43,754 bases of DNA, from NCBI GenBank assembly GCA_946004305.1, contig CAMFZJ010000001.1:1-43754 (forward strand), given 5' to 3'. This DNA comes from an uncultured Clostridia bacterium (GTDB lineage: Bacteria; Bacillota; Clostridia; Oscillospirales; Acutalibacteraceae). The notes under the pieces are model-generated. The model saw nothing but the letters and a program-made list of their open reading frames with translations, was not told where the DNA came from and ran no database searches. Position 1 is the stretch's first letter, and each line of letters starts with the position of its first letter. Both the position numbers and the translations under genes were made by a program. Positions 26,472 to 36,585 of this stretch are shown in pieces.

Positions 26472-27862
26472 TTTTCACTTCCGGAGAAATTGAGGGTATT
26501 CCTGTTAATCTTGTCCGCACCTTCTCTGATATGGAAAAAAGAGTAATGTCAAGGATTGTGGAAACTCTTAAGGACAACGGTGCCGATATTACAAGAGCTG
26601 TTGACTGGCAACTCCACAGGCTTAATGAACTGGGTAAAACCGATAAGGAAATTAAGGCGGAAATACAAAAGGCTCTTAACTTGTCTGATGAGGAGATAGA
26701 CAAGGTATATTCCGATACCTTGCAAGAAAGCTACCTGAGGGATAGGACCTTGTACGAAAATATGGGACAGCCTTTTATTCCGTATGATGAGAATTTGGAG
26801 CTTAAACAGCTTGTTTCAGCTGTAATTCAGCAGACTAAAAACGAATGCAGAAACATAACCCAATCTCTTGGCTTCGCAAAAAGGCAGTCTAACGGAAAAA
26901 TTACATACACCCCTTTAGGTGATTTCTACAGAAATAAGCTTGACAGCGGTTTAATGGAGATTGCAACCGGTATTACAGATTACAATACTGTTTTAAACAG
27001 GCTTGTTTCCGAAATGACCAACAGCGGAATGCGTTGGGTTGACTATGAAAGCGGTTGGAGCAACAGGGTTGATGTTGCCTGTCGCAGGGCTTTGCTTACA
27101 GGCTACAATCAGGTTGTAGCAAAGGTTAATGAGGATAACGCAGAAAAGCTTGTTACAGAGCATTTTGAAGTGTCATATCATAGCGGAGCAAGACCTACCC
27201 ACCAAATATGGCAAGGCAGAGTTTACACCAAAAAACAGCTTGAAACTGTGTGTGGACTGGGAACAGTAACCGGACTATTAGGTGCTAACTGTTATCACTC
27301 ATACAGTCCGTTTATTCCGGGAATATCAGTACGCACATATACAGATGAAGAGCTTGAGCGTATGAACTCAGAGGATAACACACCTAAGGAATACAACGGC
27401 AAGCAATACACTAAATATGAAGCACTCCAAAGGCAACGCAGACTTGAAACCACAATGAGAGCAGAAAGACAGAAGATTAATCTGCTTACTCAAGGTGGAG
27501 CTGATGAGGATGATATTCTTGCCGCCAAGGTAAGATACAACGGAACATCAGATGAGTATGTAAAGTTTTCAAGAGCAATGGGATTGCCACAGCAAAGGCA
27601 GAGGGTTACTGTTGACGGACTTATGAATATTGGGGACGGTAAGTATACAGGTAATAATATAGCGAAAAATAAAAATCTGGCTAAATCAATTGACATATTC
27701 AATGATAACGATTTAAAAAGTGATGATATTACTCCTAAAGAAATAATTGATGAACTTTCAAAGTCGGCTATTGGGAAAGATACAATAAAACTTTTCGAAG
27801 AGTTACCAGAAAATATCATTCTTACATATGGTTCAAATCCAAATGTTCGTGGGAAGAAATAA
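26468..27862 (+). CDS. Phage minor capsid protein 2 (MuF2-like) with C-terminal extension cut by frameshift
   Basis: H.GARPTH..WQG, GLLGANCYH, QRQRRLETTMR. Extension ends at TAA27860. Confidence 0.85.
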   Translation: MIFTSGEIEGIPVNLVRTFSDMEKRVMSRIVETLKDNGADITRAVDWQLHRLNELGKTDKEIKAEIQKALNLSDEEIDKVYSDTLQESYLRDRTLYENMGQPFIPYDENLELKQLVSAVIQQTKNECRNITQSLGFAKRQSNGKITYTPLGDFYRNKLDSGLMEIATGITDYNTVLNRLVSEMTNSGMRWVDYESGWSNRVDVACRRALLTGYNQVVAKVNEDNAEKLVTEHFEVSYHSGARPTHQIWQGRVYTKKQLETVCGLGTVTGLLGANCYHSYSPFIPGISVRTYTDEELERMNSEDNTPKEYNGKQYTKYEALQRQRRLETTMRAERQKINLLTQGGADEDDILAAKVRYNGTSDEYVKFSRAMGLPQQRQRVTVDGLMNIGDGKYTGNNIAKNKNLAKSIDIFNDNDLKSDDITPKEIIDELSKSAIGKDTIKLFEELPENIILTYGSNPNVRGKK

Positions 27863-28143
27863 AGGGGGCAATTTATGTATATGTGAATAATTGTAAGAAT
27901 GTACAATGGGTTGCCAGGACTATAATTCACGAGTGTACGCATTATCGCTATGGAATAGGCGGAAGTCAGTGGGCAGAGTGTGTTTGCATAGCACAAGAAT
28001 TAAAACATGCAAGAGGGCGTGAATACTTGACAATTCCTGAAAAAAGAGCGATAATTAAGGCAGTAAAAACAGATGAAGATTACAAAAAACTTAATTGGAG
28101 AAAAGGAGGCATAATTAATGGCAGAAGAAAAAGTCATAGATAG
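27853..28143 (+). pseudogene. Out-of-frame C-terminal HExxH metallopeptidase domain of the minor capsid protein
   Basis: The -1 frame reads EEIKGAIYVYVNNCKNVQWVARTIIHECTHYRYGIGGSQWAE. Confidence 0.7.
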
Positions 28144-28297
28144 ACTTCGTAGGGGTGAGAAAATTATGTGTCATGTCTGTAAAAAGAGTTATTATGACGT
28201 GTCTTCTCCAAACAGACAATATTCAAATTATTTTCATTGCGAAGACTCTAATTGCAAAGGATATGTTCACGAACAGAAATCTATTGATGTTGAATAA
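28118..28297 (+). CDS. 59-aa zinc-finger protein, candidate immunity protein (not in ORF track)
   Basis: AAGGAGG RBS; MAEEKVIDRLRRGEKIMCHVCKK...HCEDSNCKG; overlaps the end of the peptidase frame. Confidence 0.7.
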   Translation: MAEEKVIDRLRRGEKIMCHVCKKSYYDVSSPNRQYSNYFHCEDSNCKGYVHEQKSIDVE

Positions 28298-28465
28298 TAA
28301 TCACCGCTTAACATAGTTAGGCGGTATTTTTATACCCAATAATCAATGCGTTATGTGTAGAGCATAGCGCATTTTTTATATCAAAAAATACCTTGCCGGA
28401 GGTTATCCGGCTTAATTTCAACCGCAGGCAAAGCGGAATACAAGTAATGCAGAAAGGATTTTATT

Positions 28466-29026
28466 ATGAAAAACATTCAAACACTATTATCTGAAATCGG
28501 AATTGAAATTCCGGAGGATAAGAAAAAAGATTTTGAAACAGCCTTCAACGAGAATTACAAAACTGTTTCAGAAGTCAACAAATTGCGTGAGGCTCGTGAC
28601 AATTACAAAGAACAGCTTGAAACTGCACAGAACGCATTAAAAGAGTTTGAGGGAGTTGATGTTAAGGACTTGCAAGGTAAAATCGACACCTTAAACAACA
28701 CGCTTCAAACTAAAGAAACCGAATATCAGCAGAAGATTGCCGATATGGAGTTTAATTCTGTTCTTGACAGTGCTATTTCAAAATCAGGTGCAAAGAACTC
28801 AAAGGCTGTTAAGGCTCTGCTTGACCTTGACACTTTGAAAACAAGTAAAAATCAGGCAGAAGACATAACAAAGGCTCTTGATGATATCAAAAAGGATAAT
28901 GACTATATGTTCACATCAGATGAGCCTTTCCAAAATCCTGTCTATAAGACAGACACAAACAATGGCAAGGGTGACCCAATGGAGGCTATGAGGTCGGCAA
29001 TGGGGCTTCCTGCCGAAAAGAAATAA
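28466..29026 (+). CDS. Capsid scaffolding protein
   Basis: Coiled coil, GAKNSKAVKALLD, precedes the major capsid gene. Confidence 0.85.
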   Translation: MKNIQTLLSEIGIEIPEDKKKDFETAFNENYKTVSEVNKLREARDNYKEQLETAQNALKEFEGVDVKDLQGKIDTLNNTLQTKETEYQQKIADMEFNSVLDSAISKSGAKNSKAVKALLDLDTLKTSKNQAEDITKALDDIKKDNDYMFTSDEPFQNPVYKTDTNNGKGDPMEAMRSAMGLPAEKK

Positions 29027-29049
29027 TAATGAAATGAGGTTTAAAATTT

Positions 29050-29937
29050 ATGGCAAACAATATCGCATTAGCAAAAAGCTATGTACCACTTCTTGATGAA
29101 GTTTATAAGAACGCATCTCTCACATCGGACCTTGACGGAGCTCCTGAGCTTGTTAGAGCCGGTGCGAATGCAAACGAATTAATTATTCCTATGATTGAAA
29201 TGGATGGTCTTGCAGATTACAGCCGTAACGGTGGTTACGTTGACGGTGATGTAACACTAACCAATCAGACCGTTGCCTGCAACTATGACCGAGGCAGAAA
29301 GTTTACAGTGGACAGTATGGATAACGCTGAGACTGCAGGTGTAGCTTTTGGCAGACTTTCAGGGGAATTTATCCGTACAAAAGTTGTTCCCGAAATGGAC
29401 GCTTTCAGACTTTCACAGTATGCAAGTGTTGAGGGCATCAGTAAGGCACACGGTGCAATTTCAACAGGTGACAGCCTGATTAAGGCATTGAGAACAGCCA
29501 CAACAAAGATGGATGAGGATGAAGTACCTGCAGAAAACAGAATTCTCTATATCAGAAGTGACCTATACGGTATTATTGATGATATGGATACAACAAAGTC
29601 AAGAAAGGTTTTAGAGAAATTCTCAAAGATTATTTCTGTTCCCTCTGCAAGATTTGCAACAGACATTACCCTTAATGACGGCAAGACAGAGGGTCAGACT
29701 AAGGGCGGTTATAAGAAGTCCGAAAAGTCCATTGATATCAACTTTGAGATTATCCATAAGCCTGCAGTAATCCAGTTTACGAAACACCAGGTGCCTAAGA
29801 TTGTTGACCCTGACACAAACCAGGACGCAGACGCTTGGATGTACGGCTATAGAATTGTGGGTATTGCAAAAGCTTACAAGAACAAGACAGCAGGTATCTA
29901 CTGTCATACAGTTACAGAAATGTCTGCTGAGGCTTAA
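29050..29937 (+). CDS. Major capsid protein
   Basis: GLADYSR..GY, DRGRKF.VD.MD..ET, VVPEMDAFR; position. Confidence 0.88.
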   Translation: MANNIALAKSYVPLLDEVYKNASLTSDLDGAPELVRAGANANELIIPMIEMDGLADYSRNGGYVDGDVTLTNQTVACNYDRGRKFTVDSMDNAETAGVAFGRLSGEFIRTKVVPEMDAFRLSQYASVEGISKAHGAISTGDSLIKALRTATTKMDEDEVPAENRILYIRSDLYGIIDDMDTTKSRKVLEKFSKIISVPSARFATDITLNDGKTEGQTKGGYKKSEKSIDINFEIIHKPAVIQFTKHQVPKIVDPDTNQDADAWMYGYRIVGIAKAYKNKTAGIYCHTVTEMSAEA

Positions 29938-29949
29938 GGGGGGTATTAA

Positions 29950-30318
29950 ATGACTGCTTTTGCAGATTATGATTTCTACAAAAAAGAATATCTATGTGGC
30001 AAGAAAGCAGTCATTGATACTGCTTCTTTTGATTTTTACGCAAAAAAGGCTACACAATACATAAGGCAACAAACCTTTGACAATATCAACGAGGATACAG
30101 AAATTCCAAATTGTGTTAATATGTGTTGCTGTGATATAGCAGAGTTGTTATATAATGCTGACAAAAACGGACACAGCACAATAACCTCTGAAAAGGTTGG
30201 AGATTTGTCGGTTAGCTACGAAAGTGCAGAAAGCCAAGGACAGGCATTGTCAAAGAATATTAAGTCTGCAATATATTTGTGGCTATCCGGAACAGATTTA
30301 CTGTATAGGGGTGTTTAG
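29950..30318 (+). CDS. Head-tail connector
   Basis: ADYDFY, SEKVGDLSVSY, LLYRGV. Confidence 0.8.
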   Translation: MTAFADYDFYKKEYLCGKKAVIDTASFDFYAKKATQYIRQQTFDNINEDTEIPNCVNMCCCDIAELLYNADKNGHSTITSEKVGDLSVSYESAESQGQALSKNIKSAIYLWLSGTDLLYRGV

Positions 30319-30321
30319 CCT

Positions 30322-30741
30322 ATGAATACAAATTCAAAGTGTACCCTTTATTTATTCAACGGTCTGGGGTATGACAGATATGTTGTATCCCGTTGTCATT
30401 ACCAAGAAAATAAAGCAGGTAATGTTCTGAAAAGCGGTATGCAAAATGCAGACGGTATCACTGTGTATATCTCCTTGGATTGCCTTGTAATAACCCCTGA
30501 CAACACTTTGTACCCTGCAATAGATTTGTTCCCCGGAAAGCTTAATGTGCCCAATCGCCCTGCACAGGATATGATTGTAAAGGGTGAATGTGATTTTGTA
30601 TTTGATAATACCGACCAAAAGTCAGTATCGGAAAGCATGAAAAAATTCAACGGTAGCTATAAGGTTCACACAATAATGTCGGTTGATATTAAGGACTATG
30701 GGTCAAAATCATTACAACACATTAAAATCAGCGGAAAGTAG
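30322..30741 (+). CDS. Head closure/adaptor protein
   Basis: Position; DMIVKG and DYGS..LQH. Confidence 0.65.
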   Translation: MNTNSKCTLYLFNGLGYDRYVVSRCHYQENKAGNVLKSGMQNADGITVYISLDCLVITPDNTLYPAIDLFPGKLNVPNRPAQDMIVKGECDFVFDNTDQKSVSESMKKFNGSYKVHTIMSVDIKDYGSKSLQHIKISGK

Positions 30742-30749
30742 GTGGTTGT

Positions 30750-31241
30750 ATGAAAATTGTTCAACCGCCTAACAAATCTATAAACACACCTAATGGTTAT
30801 TTTAACTTGAAATGGACACAGAACTTCGGTAAGTTAACAAACGAGAAGTTTTTAAAAGCTCAAAGGTTTGTAGATAGTGAATGTATAAGGCTCATGATAC
30901 CTTACACTCCTATGAACACAGGAATTTTGTATAAATCTGCAATGCTTGGTACTAAGATTGGCAGCGGCGAAATTCATCAAAACGTACCTTACGCAAGGTA
31001 TCTTTACTATGGTGAGGTATACGGCCCAAACATTCCTATAAAAGAGAACGGTCAGACGATAGGCTTTTTCAGCCCAAAAGGACAGAGAAAAACACCAACA
31101 GGCAGACCGTTACAGTATGACAAAACAAAGCACCCAAAGGCAGGAAAAATGTGGTTCGAAAGAATGAAAGCGGACCATAAAGACGAAATTCTGCAAGGAG
31201 CTGCCATAATAGTAGGAGGTATTCCAAATGAACATAATTGA
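30750..31241 (+). CDS. Neck/minor structural protein (Minor_capsid_2-like)
   Basis: PY.P..TG.L, PYARYLYYG, HPKAG..WFERMK. Confidence 0.75.
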   Translation: MKIVQPPNKSINTPNGYFNLKWTQNFGKLTNEKFLKAQRFVDSECIRLMIPYTPMNTGILYKSAMLGTKIGSGEIHQNVPYARYLYYGEVYGPNIPIKENGQTIGFFSPKGQRKTPTGRPLQYDKTKHPKAGKMWFERMKADHKDEILQGAAIIVGGIPNEHN

Positions 31242-31659
31242 ACTTGTTAAATCTATATTGCAGGAGTTTCCGAAAATCAGTGAGCTTGTACATATTGATT
31301 ATAACGAAAACACACCTGAAGAGTTTGGTTTATATCCTACCGGCGATACTCTGATAAAAGAGGATATACTCGGAAATCAAATAAGAAAACATAGTTTCAT
31401 TCTTTATGTTGTATATCAATCCATAAATGATTATGACCGACTGACTAACAGCGGAACATTGCTTGAACTGCAAATGTGGCTTGAAAGGCAGGCTAAACAT
31501 CAGGAAATATCTGTAACAGTTGATGATAAAGAGCTTACAGGAACGCTCTCTAAACTTTCCTGTGCAAACGGTATGCTGTATCAGATACCGAGCGGAAATA
31601 TGAATGACGGTGTGCAGTATCAGTTACAAATCACCGCAGAATATGAAATATATATTTAG
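31228..31659 (+). CDS. Tail completion/terminator protein
   Basis: Position before tail tube; YQLQITAEY. Confidence 0.65.
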   Translation: MNIIELVKSILQEFPKISELVHIDYNENTPEEFGLYPTGDTLIKEDILGNQIRKHSFILYVVYQSINDYDRLTNSGTLLELQMWLERQAKHQEISVTVDDKELTGTLSKLSCANGMLYQIPSGNMNDGVQYQLQITAEYEIYI

Positions 31660-31676
31660 AAAGAGAGGTTTTTGTC

Positions 31677-32219
31677 ATGGCAGAAACATTAGCAGTTGAA
31701 ACAGAAAACAAGTATTCAGGCAAACTGAAAAGAAGTTACTTAATGCACTACATTGACGCAAGTTTTGGCGGTGAAAGTCCCAAGTGGTTTTTAATTGGTA
31801 AGGATATCGGTGATCTATCAATGGAACTTAATCCTGAGGCAGATGAAAAGAATATCCTTGATCAGACAATCGACAACGGATATGCACCCACTCTTGGTAT
31901 AGAAACGTATTATGCAAATACAAACGATGAGATTTACGATAAGATAAAGGACATTGCAATGAATCGCCTTACAGGTGAAAGTTGCAGAACGAAAATTCTC
32001 GAAGTTCTCGTTGACAATACAGCCACTATTGATTCAACAAACACTATTTCCGGTGCGAGTGCTTGGGTTGAGGATTGTTTTGTCAAGCCTCAGTCTTACG
32101 GCGGTGCAGGCGGAAACAATAGTGGTATTAACATTCCTTATAACATATCACTTGAGGGAAATCGTCAGAAAGGTACTGTCACAATTACAGATAAGAAGCC
32201 AACATTTGTAGCAACATAA
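31677..32219 (+). CDS. Major tail tube protein
   Basis: IGKD...LSMELNP, PQSYGG, G.RQKGT. Confidence 0.8.
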   Translation: MAETLAVETENKYSGKLKRSYLMHYIDASFGGESPKWFLIGKDIGDLSMELNPEADEKNILDQTIDNGYAPTLGIETYYANTNDEIYDKIKDIAMNRLTGESCRTKILEVLVDNTATIDSTNTISGASAWVEDCFVKPQSYGGAGGNNSGINIPYNISLEGNRQKGTVTITDKKPTFVAT

Positions 32220-32275
32220 TTTTTGTATAACAATGGGGTGGTTTATCCACCCCTAAATTTTAAGGAGTTGATTTT

Positions 32276-32707
32276 ATGAATAATCTAAATTTTGATACAG
32301 GATACAAGGAGTATTCAATTAACGGTGACGAAAGCAAAGTAATAAGAATAGATACAACAGATTATGCTTTGTTTGACAGAATTCAAAAGGTCTCGAAAAA
32401 CATTGATAAACTATCCGAAAATTACAGAAATACAAAAGTTGAAACTGACGAACAGGCTAATGAATTGTTTGTAAAGGTTGACAAGGATATCAGAGAGCAG
32501 ATTAACAAAATATTCGGCTATGATGTTTCTTCTGTGGTTTTCGGTATAACAAATTGTATGTCCATAACAAAATCAGGACATATGCTCTTTGAAAATTTCC
32601 TCAATGCTTTAATTCCTGTTATCAAAAATGATATGCAGGAAGCCGTTAACAAGCAGAATGAAAGAGTAAAGAAGTACACTTCCCAAATTCCTAAGGCGAC
32701 AAAATGA
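32276..32707 (+). CDS. Tail assembly chaperone
   Basis: Position between tail tube and Gp15-like gene. Confidence 0.65.
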   Translation: MNNLNFDTGYKEYSINGDESKVIRIDTTDYALFDRIQKVSKNIDKLSENYRNTKVETDEQANELFVKVDKDIREQINKIFGYDVSSVVFGITNCMSITKSGHMLFENFLNALIPVIKNDMQEAVNKQNERVKKYTSQIPKATK

Positions 32708-33249
32708 TTGGTCTACTACCAACGAAACTAAATGTTGATGGCAAGCTGTATTCTATTAACTCTGATTATCGTATTGCTTTACTTATTTTTGAAGCATATA
32801 ACGATACGGAACTTTCACAACTAGAAAAATCAAAAGTGTGTGTAGAATGCTTATACAAAGAATTGCCAAGTGACTTTAGTGAAGCATTAAAACAAGCTGT
32901 GTGGTTTCTTGATGGCGGAGATGCACCAAAGCCAAAACAAGCTCCTAAAAAGCTAATGGATTGGGAACAAGACGAAAGCATTATCTTTCCTGCTGTCAAC
33001 AAGGTAGCAGGATTTGAAACAAGAAGCGTTGAATATATGCATTGGTGGTCTTTTCTAGGTTTATTTAACGAGGTGGGCGAAGGGCTGTTTTCTCAGGTTA
33101 TAAATATCCGTTCCAAACGTGCTAAGGGGAAAAAACTTGAAAAATGGGAAAATGAGTTTTACAGAGAACACCGAGAAATAATAGATATTAAAAATAAGCT
33201 TACCGCAGAAGAACAAGCTGAGGTTGATTTCATAAACAGTATTGTCTAA
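32704..33249 (+). CDS. A118 Gp15-like tail assembly protein
   Basis: INSDYR, DWEQD..II, MHWWSF, VINIR. Confidence 0.8.
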   Translation: MIGLLPTKLNVDGKLYSINSDYRIALLIFEAYNDTELSQLEKSKVCVECLYKELPSDFSEALKQAVWFLDGGDAPKPKQAPKKLMDWEQDESIIFPAVNKVAGFETRSVEYMHWWSFLGLFNEVGEGLFSQVINIRSKRAKGKKLEKWENEFYREHREIIDIKNKLTAEEQAEVDFINSIV

Positions 33250-33347
33250 AGTGTACACATTACATGAAAAAATTGTTGACTTTTTACAAATATTGTTGTA
33301 TCATTACCTTGTATTTTTTATAAAATAAATTGAAAAGAGGGAAAATG

Positions 33348-33581
33348 ATGGTATGTCCGAAATGTCAATCAAATAATGTAATGGTAACAACAGAAACAAC
33401 CGGTATGCATACTCGTAACAGAGGAAGAGGTTGCTTGTGGGGAATAGGCAGACTTTGCTTGATAGTCTGTACATGTGGATTATGGTTATTGATAGGTAAA
33501 TCAAAAGGAAAATCAAACACAAAAGTAAATAATAAGACTGTTTGTATTTGTCAAAATTGCGGAAACAAATGGTACATATAG
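33348..33581 (+). CDS. Moron: split zinc ribbon with central TM segment
   Basis: CPKC...hydrophobic stretch...CQNCG. Own promoter TTGACT-N17-TATCAT (33276-33304) and terminator (33595-33619). Confidence 0.75.
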   Translation: MVCPKCQSNNVMVTTETTGMHTRNRGRGCLWGIGRLCLIVCTCGLWLLIGKSKGKSNTKVNNKTVCICQNCGNKWYI

Positions 33582-33689
33582 TTTATATAGACTTAGCCAC
33601 TCCAAAAGGGTGGCTTTTCTTATGCGTACATCGTATGGTGTGCGCATTTTTTAACCTATTTTAAATTTTTTGAAAGGGGTGAATTTTTA

Positions 33690-36401
33690 GTGGTTGACGG
33701 TAGTTTACTGTTTGATACTAAAGTTAATACAGGTGGTTTTAACCGTGGAGTAAAAAGTATTTCCGGTGCTATAGGGTCTTTGAAATCACAATTTGTAAGA
33801 CTTGGAACTGCAATAGGATTAGCTTTTGGTGTATCTCAACTTGTATCCTTTGGAAAACAAGCTATTGAAACAGCCTCGGACATTACAGAAGTACAGAATG
33901 TTGTTGATACTGCGTTTGGAAGTATGTCGAATAAAATGGAAGATTTTGCTAATACTGCTGTTGATACATTTGGTATATCAAAACTAACCGCAAAGCAAAC
34001 AGGTTCAACCTTTATGGCTATGGCTAAGGGTATGGGTATAGCTCAAGACAACGCAAGTGATATGGCTTTGTCTCTAACCGGATTATCTGCCGACATGGCA
34101 TCTTTTTATAATGTTGAGCAGAGTGTAGCAAGCACAGCCTTAAAATCTGTTTTTACAGGCGAAACAGAAACGCTGAAACAATTTGGTATTGTAATGACAG
34201 AGGCAAATTTAGAGGCATATGCCCTGTCACAGGGAATAACTAAGTCAATATCAAATATGTCACAAGCTGAAAAAGTCCAGCTCCGTTACAACTATGTTAT
34301 GCAACAGACATCACTTGCACAGGGGGATTTTGCAAAAACACAGGACAGTTGGGCGAACCAAACAAGAATATTGTCTGAACGGTGGAAAGAATTCTCTGGC
34401 ACAGTGGGTACTTTGTTAATGAATACTCTGCTGCCGGCAGTTAAGCTGATTAACAACGCATTATCAACATTAATTGATTATGCAAACAGAGCTGTAACAT
34501 CATTATCAAAGATTTTTGGATGGGAGATTGAAACATCAAACGCAACAACGAGTGTTAATAAAAACACCCAAGAAACAGCGGATAACCTTAATAAATCCAC
34601 AAATGAGCAAAATAATCTTACTAAAGCTGTTAACAAGACCAACAAGGCTACCAAAAAGCAGAACAAAGAACTCAAAGATGGTCTTGCCTCATATGATGAA
34701 CTCAATGTTATGGCTCAGAGTAATAATACAAGTGATTCCACGCCAAGCTCATCTACATCCCAAGATAGTGTTGACCCGGTAAGTACTTTATATCAGCAAC
34801 AATCAAAGAATGATAAGAAAGATAATCTCGGAAAGGAATTATCAAATAATATCAAAACAGCTTTTCAAGATTTATACAAAAAGAGCGGACTGGAAGCTTT
34901 TTTTGCTAATATTCAAAAGGGAATAAATACAGTAAATTGGCGTGCTATTGGTGATAAATTTAGGGATGTTTTTAAAAGTTTGAAACCTATTGCAACAACT
35001 TCCTTAAAAGGAGTATTGTCTGTAGGTAAATCTTTTATGAGTGCTTTAGGGTCAAACATAGGCGGACTAGTGTCTGTATGTGGAAAAGCATTGCAAACAG
35101 CTGTCGGTGGTATTGCACTTTGGCTTAGTAACATTAAATATAAAGTTATCGGTTTTATTACAGATATATCTGACAACTTAACAATCGGATTTAATAACCT
35201 TAGTACATTCTTTCAAAATGTTTTTGGCATAATAGGCGGCAGCATAGACCGTGTGAGAGTAGTTATGGAAACATCCATATCAAATATGTTGTCTGGCATA
35301 ACCAATTTTGTAGGTGCAATAGGTATCGTTGTTTCAAGTGCATTTAATATAATAACCGAATCACTTGTTGCTTGGACTGAAAAAGACGGTGCAACAATAG
35401 GAACTTTCTTTGACACTATACAATTTCAGATATCAGATGTAATGAACACAATAGGTACAATATTTAATGACATAGGGTCAATTATTTATGAATGGTGGAA
35501 CGGTGAAGATGGTGGAGCTGTTATATTTAAAAATATATGTGATATGTTCACGAATGTTGGAACAACTCTAATGAATGTTTACAACGAGTGGATAAAGCCT
35601 GTGTGGGACTTTGTTGTGGACACTGTTCTTTCGGCATGGAATAATGCCATTAAACCAGTTTTTACAAAGGTTATTAACTATATAGGGAAAGTTGCAAATT
35701 TAATTGCGGATTTATGGAATAATTACTTATCCCCTATAGTAAACTTGCTTGTAGAATATTTAAAGCCTATTATAGTTAATGTTCTCAAAGCTATTAAAGG
35801 TTTTTTTGATACAGTATTTACTGGTATAGGTGATATTTTAGGAGGTTTTATAGACATATTAAGCGGTCTGATAGACTTTATAACAGGTGTATTCACAGGT
35901 GATTGGAAAAAGGCTTGGAACGGAATTAAGACCATATTTAAGGGTGTATGGGACGCCTTTTTCGGAATTGTTAAAGTCCCTATCAATCTAATTATTGACG
36001 GTATCAATTTATTGTGGAGCGGAATATATTCTGCCGTTAAAGGTATTGTTGACGGTATTGGTGGTATTGCCGGTGCTATTGGAGATTTATTTGGGCAGGA
36101 TTGGCACTTCTCAATGCCGTCAGAGCCTCCGCTTATACCAAAGCTTGCTACCGGCACAGTTGTCCCGGCAAGCTATGGCGAGTATCTTGCTGTTTTGGGC
36201 GATAACAAAAGAGAGCCAGAGGTTGTTTCGCCATTATCCACAATGAAGCAGGCGTTTTTGGAAGCTATGAATGAAAGCGGCGGATTTAGTGGCGGTGATA
36301 TTAACTTAACCGTTACTCTTGATGGTGCTGTAGTTTATAAGAATGTTGTCAAGCATAACAATCAAGACAGAAAAAGACGCGGAAAATCTCAATTAGCGTA
36401 G
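33690..36401 (+). CDS. Tape measure protein
   Basis: 903 aa; EVQNVVD.AFG; Trp/Phe-periodic repeats; IPKLATG. Confidence 0.92.
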   Translation: MVDGSLLFDTKVNTGGFNRGVKSISGAIGSLKSQFVRLGTAIGLAFGVSQLVSFGKQAIETASDITEVQNVVDTAFGSMSNKMEDFANTAVDTFGISKLTAKQTGSTFMAMAKGMGIAQDNASDMALSLTGLSADMASFYNVEQSVASTALKSVFTGETETLKQFGIVMTEANLEAYALSQGITKSISNMSQAEKVQLRYNYVMQQTSLAQGDFAKTQDSWANQTRILSERWKEFSGTVGTLLMNTLLPAVKLINNALSTLIDYANRAVTSLSKIFGWEIETSNATTSVNKNTQETADNLNKSTNEQNNLTKAVNKTNKATKKQNKELKDGLASYDELNVMAQSNNTSDSTPSSSTSQDSVDPVSTLYQQQSKNDKKDNLGKELSNNIKTAFQDLYKKSGLEAFFANIQKGINTVNWRAIGDKFRDVFKSLKPIATTSLKGVLSVGKSFMSALGSNIGGLVSVCGKALQTAVGGIALWLSNIKYKVIGFITDISDNLTIGFNNLSTFFQNVFGIIGGSIDRVRVVMETSISNMLSGITNFVGAIGIVVSSAFNIITESLVAWTEKDGATIGTFFDTIQFQISDVMNTIGTIFNDIGSIIYEWWNGEDGGAVIFKNICDMFTNVGTTLMNVYNEWIKPVWDFVVDTVLSAWNNAIKPVFTKVINYIGKVANLIADLWNNYLSPIVNLLVEYLKPIIVNVLKAIKGFFDTVFTGIGDILGGFIDILSGLIDFITGVFTGDWKKAWNGIKTIFKGVWDAFFGIVKVPINLIIDGINLLWSGIYSAVKGIVDGIGGIAGAIGDLFGQDWHFSMPSEPPLIPKLATGTVVPASYGEYLAVLGDNKREPEVVSPLSTMKQAFLEAMNESGGFSGGDINLTVTLDGAVVYKNVVKHNNQDRKRRGKSQLA

Positions 36402-36585
36402 GATAAATATTTATTGATTTCTGTGTGATATATGTTTTAAAGTAAACAAAGCCACTCCAAATGGGGTGGCTATAGTTTCGCAGAAATTCTAAAAAACTTA
36501 TTAAAATTCAATCTATCCACTAAAGCGTACATTCTACGGAGTGTACGCTGTTTTTATACAATTTTTTGAAAGGAAGTGGTAATAA

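Noticed and set aside
4046-27862. Stop-codon reassignment explaining premature stops at 4103, 17777 and 27860
   Set aside because: The stops differ (TAG, TAA, and one frameshift), and all long genes read normally with the standard bacterial code.
27845-27870. Classical programmed -1 frameshift in the minor capsid gene
   Set aside because: No X-XXY-YYZ heptamer in the right frame; a 1-nt deletion or sequencing error is simpler.
32690-32710. Tail-chaperone programmed frameshift
   Set aside because: The genes overlap by ATGA and I see no convincing slippery heptamer.
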